NCBI GenBank assembly: GCA_963702845.1
Contig: OY969763.1
Coordinates: forward strand, 4,000,001-4,064,000
DNA length: 64,000 nt
Reading direction: 5' to 3'
From: an uncultured Verrucomicrobiae bacterium
Lineage (GTDB): Bacteria > Verrucomicrobiota > Verrucomicrobiia > Limisphaerales > Palsa-1400
Below the pieces are notes generated by a model. The model was not told the origin of the DNA. It did no database searches and saw nothing but the letters and a program-made list of their open reading frames with translations. Shown one piece after another: positions 54,901-64,000 of the stretch. Every line of letters begins with the position of its first letter. The stretch's first letter is position 1. The translations under genes were made by a program, and so were the position numbers.

Positions 54901-55986
54901 ATCACCGGTGGCGGTGGCGGAGAGGGAAATATTTGTCCCTAAGAGAACCTCCTGATTTGAGGGTGCAGTTGTGAGAATCGGCGGGTCAGCAAGAACACCA
55001 ACGTTGGAGTCGCTGTAGACGGCGCCACAGGCATTTGAGACAAGCACGGTGTAATCACCGAGGTCGGAAGGTTGAGCGCTCGAAATTGTGTACGCAGTGC
55101 CCGTTGCTCCCGTGATATCAGTTCCGTTGTGTTGCCACTGATACGAAAGCGGTGCGCCATTGGCCTGCGCCGTGACAGTGAAGGTGGCACTCGAGTTGAG
55201 TAGCACGGATTTTGAAACAGGCTGCGTCACGAAATTCGGCCAGGAGTTTCCGTTCGTGCCCTCCTGCGCAAGGGCCAGAATGTTGGACGCCGAAAGCGCG
55301 GTGTCGTAAAGGCTGATCTCATCAAGCACCCCTTTAAAATATACATAATTTCCGGAGCTAGTGCATGGGCTCATGCCAACCATTAGCTCCGCGTCGTTTA
55401 CGAGGTTAGCGATTTTCCCGTCGGTGGGGTGCTGCGGTGTTCCACTCAAAGAGCCATCGATGTAGATCGAGGCATTCGTTCCCTGCCTAACGCATGCGAC
55501 GTGATGAAACACGCCGTCGGTGACGGTCGCAGCTGAAGCCATGTCTACGTAGCCGACGGGACCGACACCCGTGTCACCGTAGTTGAAAGAAATGGCGCCA
55601 TTTGTTCGAAGTTGAATATCGAAAAAACTCTGATTGTTGACGCACGCAGCACGTTTACTCACGATTTCCGTGCGAAGGCTGGTGTTAAAATTAGTGGTTT
55701 TAATCCAGAACCCCACGGTAAAATCATTTGTCTCAAAATCGATGAAATTATCGGGTGGGGTTAAGTCGATAATCGCATTGGATGTGCCGTCGAACGAAAA
55801 GCCGGTTCCTACTTCGGCATTTACATAGGTGACGCCGGTGCCATTAGTAGCAGCATATACTCCCATAACCGAATCCCAAACATTACTTTCCCCCTTCCAC
55901 ATGGCGAACAATCCTGGGGGAGGACAGTCGGCGAAGAGTAATGACGGGATCGCCATTGCCAGTGTCCAGAATATGCGTGTCTTCAT
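51925..55986 (-). CDS. Large secreted LamG-like jellyroll / immunoglobulin repeat protein (~1350 aa), frameshifts near 54240 and 53750
   Basis: Signal peptide MKTRIFWTLAMAIPSLLFA; three LamG units (W..E..D, FTV..W, HHVA.VR, YVDG, G.LDE..YD.AL) interleaved with Ig units (YQW, D.G.Y.V.V.N); three ORF pieces are collinear. Confidence 0.85.
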
Positions 55987-56415
55987 AAGTGTTGTTTCCT
56001 TAGATGCGTGCAACCTTCCTAATGTTTCCCCCCGGGGTTGCAAAGGGGTGGGGCGCGCGTATCAATGACAAATTTGAGATTAATGTCAAACATTTATTAG
56101 GAGACCAGCTGGATGCTCCGGTGGATCACAGCGTTCGTGAGAGTTAATCAGTCAAACGGTGCATCGGGAATGAATGGTATCAGGTGCGAATTCAAAGCGG
56201 TGGTCACTTACTACGGACTTGGGATGCTGCTGTGTGCAAAGCAGCAGCCGCAGCACGTTAAGTGACTTGGAGGACGAAGATTTACACTTAATTGTGTAAC
56301 GAATCCGCCGCGGCTGGTCTTCAACATAGCCGCGCTCCGCCAACCGCCACTTTAATCGCACCCATGGTATAAGCGATGGTTTGCTTTTGAGGGCGGGTGT
56401 TACTACAAAGGGAGC

Positions 56416-57918
56416 GTGCTGCAATCGCAATCGAGCAAAGAGGAGGCGTCGGCCGCGACTGAGAATGGTTTCCAAGGCGGCTTGCAACGTTATGTCCCAC
56501 TGTTGGTGTGGGCCGCTGTCGTCGCGACGCTGATTATTATCCCGCTGAAAATCGTCGGTTACGGATTTGTGCCGGTAACGGACGCGATGCGATATGCAGC
56601 GAAGGCGTTCGCCGGAAAATCGTGGTCGGACATCTTGGTGTTACGACCGGACGCGCCGGTGGATCACAGCGCTGGTTGGGAATTGATTATTCAAGGGGTG
56701 CAGCGTGTGACTGGAGCGGGTCCGGATGGCTTGGTGGCGTTTTCCGTGGCGGGACTGTTCATGGCGTTCGTTCTTGTGCCGCTCATCTGGCTGCGTCGAG
56801 CGGAGGCGTGGGTGGCGGCGTTGTTGGTGATGATTTTGGCGGCGCCGGTGAACTTGATGCGGGTGACGAGCGGACGGCCATACATCCTGGAAATGGTGGT
56901 GGTGATGTCGGTGCTTTTGATTTGGTCGCCAGCGGGTCGATTTAAGATGGGGCAAACGGCAAAAATGATTTTGACGACGGCATTAATGGCAGCGGTGGTT
57001 TGGATCCACGGATGTTGGTATTTGTATGCGCTGGTTTTGGCGGCCTTCTTGTTGGCAGGCCAGTGGCGGAACGGCACGATGTTCGGCGCTTGCTGGCTTG
57101 TCGGAAGTGTTGCGGGCGCGTGTTTGACGGGGCATCCAGTGAGTTATTTGCGGGATGAAATTGCACTGGCGTTAACGGCGTTCAGTCAACACATGGTGCA
57201 ACGGCAGCTCGTGACGGAATTTATGGCGCAGACGGCGGATACGCTGCTGTTGCTGTGCGCGGCGGCGCTGTTGTTATGGCGGACGGCGCGCGGACGTTGG
57301 ACGGCGGCGACGGTTTTTAATCCGGCGTTTATGCTGGCGGTGCTGGGCGCGATTTGTGGCATGCAGGTGTATCGGTTCTGGCTGGATTGGGGTGTGCCGG
57401 CGTTGCTCGTTTGGATGGCTTTGGAGGTGCAGGACTTAATCGAGAACGACAGTGCGCTGGATGGGATTGGCCGGGCGACGGCAGCAGTGTTGTTGTGCGC
57501 GAGTTTTTTTGTGATGACAACGGGCGATGTGGGCGGACGCTGGACCGATAGTCTCGAGGTCGAATACATGATGCAGGATGCGCCGGAATTGGCCGGGTGG
57601 TTGCCCGAAAAGGACGGCATCATTTATTCCACGAGCATGGATGTTTTTTACGAGACGTTTTTCAAAAATCCGCGCGCGCCATGGCGCTATGTTTTGGGTT
57701 TTGAGCCGACGTTTATGCAGGCCGATGACCTGAAAACGTTGCGCACGATTCAATATTATCACGGCGCGGTGCAGGCGTATGAACCGTGGGTGAAGAAGAT
57801 GCGGCCGGAGGATCGCCTGGTGGCACGTAATGCGTCGGGACGTCCGCCCGCGATCGGCGGGTTGGAATGGAAGTATGCGGTGAAGGATACGTGGATTGGG
57901 CGATTGCCGAGGAAGTGA
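56416..57918 (+). CDS. Polytopic membrane protein, possibly GT-C-like glycosyltransferase
   Basis: About 10-12 hydrophobic segments, acidic loop after TM1 (TDAMRY), RP motif, soluble C-terminal domain; family assignment is inference. Confidence 0.6.
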   Translation: MLQSQSSKEEASAATENGFQGGLQRYVPLLVWAAVVATLIIIPLKIVGYGFVPVTDAMRYAAKAFAGKSWSDILVLRPDAPVDHSAGWELIIQGVQRVTGAGPDGLVAFSVAGLFMAFVLVPLIWLRRAEAWVAALLVMILAAPVNLMRVTSGRPYILEMVVVMSVLLIWSPAGRFKMGQTAKMILTTALMAAVVWIHGCWYLYALVLAAFLLAGQWRNGTMFGACWLVGSVAGACLTGHPVSYLRDEIALALTAFSQHMVQRQLVTEFMAQTADTLLLLCAAALLLWRTARGRWTAATVFNPAFMLAVLGAICGMQVYRFWLDWGVPALLVWMALEVQDLIENDSALDGIGRATAAVLLCASFFVMTTGDVGGRWTDSLEVEYMMQDAPELAGWLPEKDGIIYSTSMDVFYETFFKNPRAPWRYVLGFEPTFMQADDLKTLRTIQYYHGAVQAYEPWVKKMRPEDRLVARNASGRPPAIGGLEWKYAVKDTWIGRLPRK

Positions 57919-57934
57919 ACGTCCGCGCGTCCCG

Positions 57935-58756
57935 TTATGCGGCCAAAGTTTTTGGCGCTTGCAGGCGCTTCCACTTGGCAACGAACTGCTCCTTCTGCCC
58001 CGCGTAGAAATGTTTGAAGTAGCGTGATTCGTACATCTTTTCGATATACGCGTCCGGTGGAATAAATCTTTCGCGGAACAAGCGGTAGGTTTCGCTATAC
58101 GCTTTTTGGGCCGAGTCATTCACGCGCGTAATCTGGAATTCTTTCAAGCCAAGAAAATCTTTGATCGCGCTTTCTTTAATCGAATCGTCGACTTCCATTC
58201 GCATCAGAAGCAGGCGCACGCGGCCTTGCTCGATGACCTGCACCCCATTGGAAGGAAAAGGATGTTGGTAAACGTCGATGCCGCAATCGGGCTTCATGCG
58301 GTCCTCGAACCACGTCAGCGGAAGGTCGTGCGGATATTTTGAGAGGAAAACTTCGATCATGTGATCGACAGAGAGGTTCGGGCGATCGGCGACCTTGCCG
58401 AGTTCGCGATCGAAGTTTTCAAAGAAGGCTGAAATATTTCGGCCGATGGGTTCGCGGACGAGGCTGATGACAAGCAAAGGCTTTCGTTTTTTTACAACGA
58501 ATTCGCGCATGCCGGTCAGTTCCAGGGTTTCGCCATCGTGCGGAATCATGGAATGAGCGTGAACGGTCAAACCGGGCCAGGCACGGTCGAGGGAGTGCTC
58601 GAATGAGGATGAGCCGACTTTGCCGAACTGATAGACGAGCAACGGGCGAGCAGCTTTAAGGAGGCGATTGATCCGAGCTTCGCGATGCCGGCAATCGCGA
58701 ATGCGGTGAAGAGTGGTTCGTAGGTCACGCGCGAGTGACCGGATTAACAGCTTCAT
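57935..58756 (-). CDS. Putative capsular polysaccharide synthesis (NKWYS-like, sulfotransferase-fold) protein
   Basis: VYQFGKVGSSS, LVREPIGRNISAFFEN, WF..E/D...GIDVY, Y.SRY..HFY. Confidence 0.7.
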   Translation of the reverse strand: MKLLIRSLARDLRTTLHRIRDCRHREARINRLLKAARPLLVYQFGKVGSSSFEHSLDRAWPGLTVHAHSMIPHDGETLELTGMREFVVKKRKPLLVISLVREPIGRNISAFFENFDRELGKVADRPNLSVDHMIEVFLSKYPHDLPLTWFEDRMKPDCGIDVYQHPFPSNGVQVIEQGRVRLLLMRMEVDDSIKESAIKDFLGLKEFQITRVNDSAQKAYSETYRLFRERFIPPDAYIEKMYESRYFKHFYAGQKEQFVAKWKRLQAPKTLAA

Positions 58757-58954
58757 TGATTTATAGCGCTTGTTACAACGCTGCTTTTTTGTCGCGCATT
58801 CAGCTCGACCGACAACACCAACTCACTGCGCCAGTCAGATGAAAGCTCGACTTCATTATGACGGCGTGGCTTTGGCGGTGTCAAGGCAGGGCTCAGTTTC
58901 GCGCTGGCGAGGATGTTTTGAAACGGCTTTAATAGGCGCATGGTTACTCGTTCC

Positions 58955-59776
58955 ATGACGCTGGTTATCGTCGGCGTGTTTTTGCGGACGCTGACTTTCG
59001 GCGCTCCTGTTCCACTCATCCACGCGCATGCGCACAATGATTACGAGCATCGGCGTCCGTTGTTCGACGCATTGAGTCATGGGTTTTGCAGCGTGGAGGC
59101 GGACATTTATCTGGTGAACGGAAAGTTGCTCGTTGCGCACAATCGCCAGGATGTGAAAACGGAACGGACGTTGCAGGCGCTGTATCTCGAACCGTTACGA
59201 GAGCTGGCGAAAAAAAATCATGGCAAAATTTATGGGGCTGAACCGCGGTTTTTTCTGTTGATCGATGTTAAATCGGATTTTGCGACCTTGTATCCGGTGC
59301 TGCGAAAAGTGTTGGAGGATTATTCTGATATCCTGACCCGATTTGAAAATGGCAAGGCGCGGACCAACACGGCGACAGTTGTGCTGACGGGGAATTATTC
59401 GATGCCAACAGTCGCCGCGGAAACGAATCGACTGGCCGGCGTCGATGGAAAGTTGAAAGATTTGCCGTCAATCAAACGCGGCGACGCTGCGCTGTGGATT
59501 AGCGACAGCTGGAAGCCAACATTCCACTGGAACGGCAAAGGTAAAATGCCGGACGATGAGCGCGCGAAATTGCGAACTGTCGTGGAGCGCGCCCATGCGC
59601 AAGGCAAACTGGTACGGTTCTGGGCCGCGCCTCAGACAAAAGAGGCGTGGACTGAATTAGCCGCCGATGGCGTCGACCTTCTAAATGCCGATGACTTAGC
59701 AGGTTTGGAGAAATTTCTTCTCACAAACCCCTATCCCGGCACTCTTTTGGATGCTCCGTCGAACCGCGCGTTTTAA
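58955..59776 (+). CDS. PI-PLC/glycerophosphodiester phosphodiesterase-like protein
   Basis: HAHNDY, GFCSVEADI, LLVAH, LLIDVK, VRFW, GVDLLNAD. Confidence 0.8.
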   Translation: MTLVIVGVFLRTLTFGAPVPLIHAHAHNDYEHRRPLFDALSHGFCSVEADIYLVNGKLLVAHNRQDVKTERTLQALYLEPLRELAKKNHGKIYGAEPRFFLLIDVKSDFATLYPVLRKVLEDYSDILTRFENGKARTNTATVVLTGNYSMPTVAAETNRLAGVDGKLKDLPSIKRGDAALWISDSWKPTFHWNGKGKMPDDERAKLRTVVERAHAQGKLVRFWAAPQTKEAWTELAADGVDLLNADDLAGLEKFLLTNPYPGTLLDAPSNRAF

Positions 59777-60126
59777 CGGTCGCGATAGCCGCCGCGGCGC
59801 TCGCCGCCACGGTCACCCCGATCGCCTCCTTCGGCGCGGCCACCCGCACGAAAATTGGAGCGAGGCGCACGTTCTTCCCGTGGACGCGCAATGTTGACGG
59901 TCAAGGGACGGCCTTGATAATCCTTACCGTTAAACATTTCCACCGCCTTAATGGCTTCTTCCGAACTACCGAACTCCACGAACGCAAACCCGCGTGATTT
60001 ACCAGTAAACTTGTCCATCATCAGATTGACGGACGTGACATTCCCAGCTTGCCCAAACAAATCGTGGATGTCGTTTTCGATGGTATTGTAAGAGAGGTTC
60101 CCCACGAATAATCGATTTTCCTTCAT
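59773..60126 (-). CDS. RRM RNA-binding protein with Gly/Arg-rich tail
   Basis: LFVGNL (RNP2), RGFAFVEF (RNP1), LTVNIARPRE. Confidence 0.93.
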   Translation of the reverse strand: MKENRLFVGNLSYNTIENDIHDLFGQAGNVTSVNLMMDKFTGKSRGFAFVEFGSSEEAIKAVEMFNGKDYQGRPLTVNIARPREERAPRSNFRAGGRAEGGDRGDRGGERRGGYRDR

Positions 60127-60278
60127 GACTGTCTTAACCGTACAAACCGCAAATTCGACGACAGAGAGACCGAGGATCGGCCCAACATTTCCATATGCGG
60201 GACCCGGTCGTCGCCGTGATCAGCTGCGCCCCGCGGTTGTCAACCAAACCGCACTCACCCCGCCGACTGACGGTGTGC

Positions 60279-60306
60279 TTTGTAGCAAAGCCACTAGTGC
60301 AGTCAA
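60279..60306 (-). promoter_or_regulatory. Putative sigma70-type promoter of the RRM gene
   Basis: TTGACT-N16-TACAAA with TG one base upstream of the -10 box. Confidence 0.35.
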
Positions 60307-60348
60307 CAATTTTTCCGAAGTAAGTATTCGTAACCACCTGAGGCTCAC

Positions 60349-62706
60349 CTATTGATAAAGCAAGTAGGGCTCACGGCGAGCAGCAAAATCAGCCAGGTCC
60401 TTGGTCCAAAGAGCCTTGATTTCGGTCAACGATTTATCGGCTGTGATCGCGTCCAACGTCGCTTGGTTGGCGATAAGGCGTTTCATCTTTTTGAGTTCGA
60501 ACTGTTCGGGGTACCAACGATTGAGGATTTTTGCGATTGAGAGACCGATATCGACGACATTGCATTTGCTACGGTCGGTCAAAATGATGTTCACACCGGC
60601 GCAAGATTGGTTTTTGAAAATGTATTCCGGGGGCGTGAAACGAATTGGCACGAAACGGACACCGGGAAGGTTCTGTTTGTTGAGTTCGTCCGCGAGTTTC
60701 ATGTCGTGGATGTAAGGTGCGCCGACCATCTCGAACGGAGTGCCGGTATTGCGACCAACGGACACCTGGCAGTATTCCAGCATACCGACGCCTGGATAAA
60801 GAATCGCCTCGGTGACGCTGCGCATATTGGGTGACGGAGGCATCCACGGCAGAGCGGTTTCGTCGAAGAATTCGTTGCGTTTCCAGCCTTCTACTTTGAT
60901 GACGGTCAAATCGAGGCTGTCGAGGTGACGTTCGGCTTTAAACATCTGGGCGAGTTCACCTTCGGTCATGCCGTAGCGCAGCGGAATGGGATGATAACCA
61001 ACGAAGGTGGTTTTGCCGGTGAGCAACGGGCCGTCGATAGCGATGCCGTTGATCGGATTGACACGATCCAGGACGAAGAATTTGATCCCTGCTCTATGCG
61101 CTGCGTTCATGCAATGGCCTAAGGTAGAGATGTATGTGTAGAAACGACATCCAACATCCTGGATGTCGAAGACGAGCGCGTCGATGTCGGCGAGCTGGTC
61201 CATGGTCGGTTCGGATCGTTTGCCGTAAAGGCTGTAGACCGGCAGACCGGTGCGTTCGTCGACGCTGTCGCTGACCGGTTCGTCAAAGTTTCCGTAGATG
61301 CCGTGCTCGGGACCAAAGAGCGCTTTGATCTGCACGTCGGGAGCGTTGCGCAGGAGGTCAATGGTAGGATACCGGCGGCAGTTGCGGCCGGTCGGATTGG
61401 TGATGAGACCAATGCGCAGGCCTTTCAGCGCCGCGAAGTTATCACGAGCGAGAACGTCAATTCCGTTCAGGACGGACGGGACTTCGTTACTTAGTTCGTT
61501 TTTTTTTGCGCCGGCTTCGCGAGTGTGGTGCAGCGGCGGCAGCGCGTTGGTGACCATGGCGAAGTCAAAGTCGGTAACCGCTTCAGCGGCAAGGGTGCCA
61601 ATCGCGCTATAGAGCGGAAGGACGTTGCCTTTGCCGTCGGGATGGACGCGGTTGGAAAGAAATACGAAAAAGGTTTTGGAAAACGGATCAATCCAAAGCG
61701 CGTTGCCGGTGAACCCGGTGTGGCCATAGGAACCGAGCGGGAACAGGTCGCCACGCGGACGGCTGAATCCGGAATCGATGTCCCATCCAAATCCGCGACG
61801 AGACGGAATGTTTGTGGGTGTTTGGACGCTGGTCATCATCTTGACTGTTTCAGGTTTCATGATGCGCACACCGTCGAGTTCGCCGAGGTTCAGGAGCATG
61901 CGGCAGTAGCGCGCAAGATCGGCAGTGGTGGTGAAAATTCCAGCGTGACCGGCAACGCCTCCCATCAAACGAGCAGTTGGATCGTGGACGACACCGCGCA
62001 GAACGACGCCGTCAATTTTTTCGGTGGGCGCGATGCGAGCGAGTTTTTCTTTCGGCGGCAAATAACCGGTATCGACCATTTTCAGCGGTTGATAGATTTC
62101 TTTGGCGCAAAATTCGTTGAGAGGCATGCCGCTGACACGCGAGACGATTTCGCCGACAAGGAACAAGTTAATGTCACTGTAAACCAACTTCGCGCCGACG
62201 GGATTTTGCAGCGGAATTTCGGCGGCGAGCTTGATGGCGGTTTCAGTCCCCTGCCATTTGCTTCTGGTAGACACGTCCGGCGGGAGTCCGGAAATGTGGG
62301 TCAGGAGGTGGCGCACAGTGATTTTTGATTTTTCACCGGACGCACCGAATTCCGGAATGTAGCTGTGAACTGGTTCGTCGAGGTTTACCTTGCCGCGCTC
62401 GACGAGGATCATGACGGCGGGGGTGCCAGCGACGACTTTAGTGACGGAGGCGGCGTCGAAAATGGTGTCCTTGGTCATTTCCTCTTCTGCCGGAACGAGG
62501 GCGCGATTGCCGTAGGCTTTACTGTAAACGGCACCACCGTGCTCAACCCAGACCACTCCGCCGGGCAAGCGTTCTTCCTCGATTGCCTTCTCGACGGCGG
62601 TGTCGATGGCGTGAAGTTTGGTTTTGTCGAGCACGCGTTCGGCATGAACGGGAGCGACCAGCGCAAGGGTGACAACGATTGGTAAAACAAATCGCGGCGT
62701 AATCAT
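60349..62706 (-). CDS. Fusion of beta-lactamase-like serine hydrolase and DUF1343/NamZ exo-beta-N-acetylmuramidase domain
   Basis: ASVTK, YSD, GHTGFTG in the N-half; GLITN.TG, FGPEHG, SLYG, FDIQDVG.RFYTY, PSPNM in the C-half. Confidence 0.9.
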   Translation of the reverse strand: MITPRFVLPIVVTLALVAPVHAERVLDKTKLHAIDTAVEKAIEEERLPGGVVWVEHGGAVYSKAYGNRALVPAEEEMTKDTIFDAASVTKVVAGTPAVMILVERGKVNLDEPVHSYIPEFGASGEKSKITVRHLLTHISGLPPDVSTRSKWQGTETAIKLAAEIPLQNPVGAKLVYSDINLFLVGEIVSRVSGMPLNEFCAKEIYQPLKMVDTGYLPPKEKLARIAPTEKIDGVVLRGVVHDPTARLMGGVAGHAGIFTTTADLARYCRMLLNLGELDGVRIMKPETVKMMTSVQTPTNIPSRRGFGWDIDSGFSRPRGDLFPLGSYGHTGFTGNALWIDPFSKTFFVFLSNRVHPDGKGNVLPLYSAIGTLAAEAVTDFDFAMVTNALPPLHHTREAGAKKNELSNEVPSVLNGIDVLARDNFAALKGLRIGLITNPTGRNCRRYPTIDLLRNAPDVQIKALFGPEHGIYGNFDEPVSDSVDERTGLPVYSLYGKRSEPTMDQLADIDALVFDIQDVGCRFYTYISTLGHCMNAAHRAGIKFFVLDRVNPINGIAIDGPLLTGKTTFVGYHPIPLRYGMTEGELAQMFKAERHLDSLDLTVIKVEGWKRNEFFDETALPWMPPSPNMRSVTEAILYPGVGMLEYCQVSVGRNTGTPFEMVGAPYIHDMKLADELNKQNLPGVRFVPIRFTPPEYIFKNQSCAGVNIILTDRSKCNVVDIGLSIAKILNRWYPEQFELKKMKRLIANQATLDAITADKSLTEIKALWTKDLADFAARREPYLLYQ

Positions 62707-62780
62707 TGCGCGAATGCTAGGGCGGAAATCCGAAAATCCGAAGCGGAAAAAATCAGCCTAACTTGACTGCGGTCCTCGCT

Positions 62781-63590
62781 TTAGAAACAGAGGCCGAACA
62801 TGAAACGAGTGGTGATTTTTTGATTGGTGTCGAACTCGATATCACGCGGAGTATCGAAATTGGCAACATAATCAAAGCCGAGGACGCGTGGCATTACCGA
62901 GAAGGCCATCCACCAGTTGTCTTTGTGGCAGCGCACAACCGGCCCGAGAAAAAATTTATTGCCAGCGAGACGACGGTATTCGGGCAATTCACTGTGGTCG
63001 CGAAGTTCGACGCCGACCGACCAGTTTGCGCCAATGGCTCGCGCGATTCCGAGGCCGAGTTCGAGGTCGCCGTCACGTTCCTTGAGGCGATTGGACCATT
63101 CGTTTCCCTGAGAGAAGCTCATGGCCCAACGCCAGAAATCATAAGTGCGACCGATGACGGCCGTTTCCTGAACGTAAACGTTTTCGTCGGAGGTGCGGGG
63201 TTGAACTGACACGGCGAAGGCAATTGGCAATTCCAAGTCGTCCCAAATTTGATAGCTACTGTCCAAAGATAAGGGCTTCCACGACAATGTTGTTTGAGGT
63301 TCGAACGACTGCGAGTCGACGAATTCGGGTTCGGAGGCAACGCGCAGGGCGTTGTTTCGGCCGTAGCTTAATCGGTAATTGAGCCAATGCTGCGATTCCC
63401 AGACGCTGGTGTGGTCGTGATCGAAATAGGTCTGACGCTGGGAAGCCGAGGGAGCCCACGCATCGAAATTTGATTTGGAGTTAAGCGCGCTCGGGAGATA
63501 GTTCGAAGGGACAAAAGATTGGTCATCGGCGGTCGCAGAGAGTGCTGCGAAGAAACAAACCGATAGGCCCACTAACAAACGCGCCTGCAT
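62781..63590 (-). CDS. Secreted/outer-membrane hypothetical protein (DUF6662-like)
   Basis: Signal peptide from ATG 63590, alternating beta-strand pattern, C-terminal Phe (RFMFGLCF). Confidence 0.55.
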   Translation of the reverse strand: MQARLLVGLSVCFFAALSATADDQSFVPSNYLPSALNSKSNFDAWAPSASQRQTYFDHDHTSVWESQHWLNYRLSYGRNNALRVASEPEFVDSQSFEPQTTLSWKPLSLDSSYQIWDDLELPIAFAVSVQPRTSDENVYVQETAVIGRTYDFWRWAMSFSQGNEWSNRLKERDGDLELGLGIARAIGANWSVGVELRDHSELPEYRRLAGNKFFLGPVVRCHKDNWWMAFSVMPRVLGFDYVANFDTPRDIEFDTNQKITTRFMFGLCF

Positions 63591-64000
63591 TTGGTTTGAC
63601 ACAGCAGGTTGCGCGCCAACGTTAAAATTGAGGTTTTTAGCGTCAAATGATAGACTGGCCCAAGTAACTCGCATCACGACTTTTCTATGTTTGACACAAA
63701 TTTGCTCGCGAGGGCGACTGGGTGTTGCCAATGTGTTTGTACATTAAAATGAACAACTTAAGTCAGGGGCGGACATTGGAAGTATTGTTTACACCAGCGG
63801 AATTTGCCGTCCTTCCGCAACGCGATTTGTCGGGGGCGGTTTGTGTGGTGTTCGATATATTGCGAGCGACCACCAGTATGGTGACAGCTTTGGGAAATGG
63901 CGCCGATGCGATTTTGCCCGTTTCGGACATTCCTGAAGCTTTGGACCTAGCGCGGAAGCATGCCGGGGCATTGTTGGCGGGTGAGCGTGACGGCCTGCGG

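Noticed and set aside
63789..63971. 60 aa ORF at the window end
   Set aside because: No motif or coding signal I can support; may be intergenic or the tail of a gene outside the window.

Overview
GC-rich bacterial chromosomal window, most likely Verrucomicrobiota of the Pedosphaera-like subdivision 3. This is inferred from gene content: prepilin/H-X9-DG proteins, DUF1501, Ig/LamG surface proteins and several sulfatases. Most of it is housekeeping or metabolic: folK, a UxaA/SuyAB-like pair, glcD, a deoxyhypusine-synthase-like gene, secA, mutS, gcvP, purSQL, gmd, two MacAB-type ABC exporters (one with TolC), sulfatases, oxidoreductases, an RRM protein and a serine hydrolase-NamZ fusion. Several genes (secA, lactonase, mutS, purS, gmd, FHA protein, LamG protein) are broken by small indels that look like long-read consensus errors. 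The most striking unexplained structure is a ~3.7 kb island (1729-5477) between convergent folK and an oxidoreductase gene. In it, three unrelated co-oriented genes are each separated by a 210-280 bp symmetric DNA element. The element is built from TGTCTC/GAGACA hexamers at near-fixed spacings (N15-16 and N9-10) around a conserved ~65 bp core carrying an IHF-consensus site. A fourth, minimal, perfectly palindromic copy closes the array. This resembles a cassette-array or recombination-site system, but no cognate recombinase lies in the window. The second highlight is a ~280 nt ORF-less structured region (15607-15890) with a putative promoter, boxA-like motif and terminator, a candidate ncRNA. 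I recognised no rRNA, tRNA, CRISPR array or transposase.
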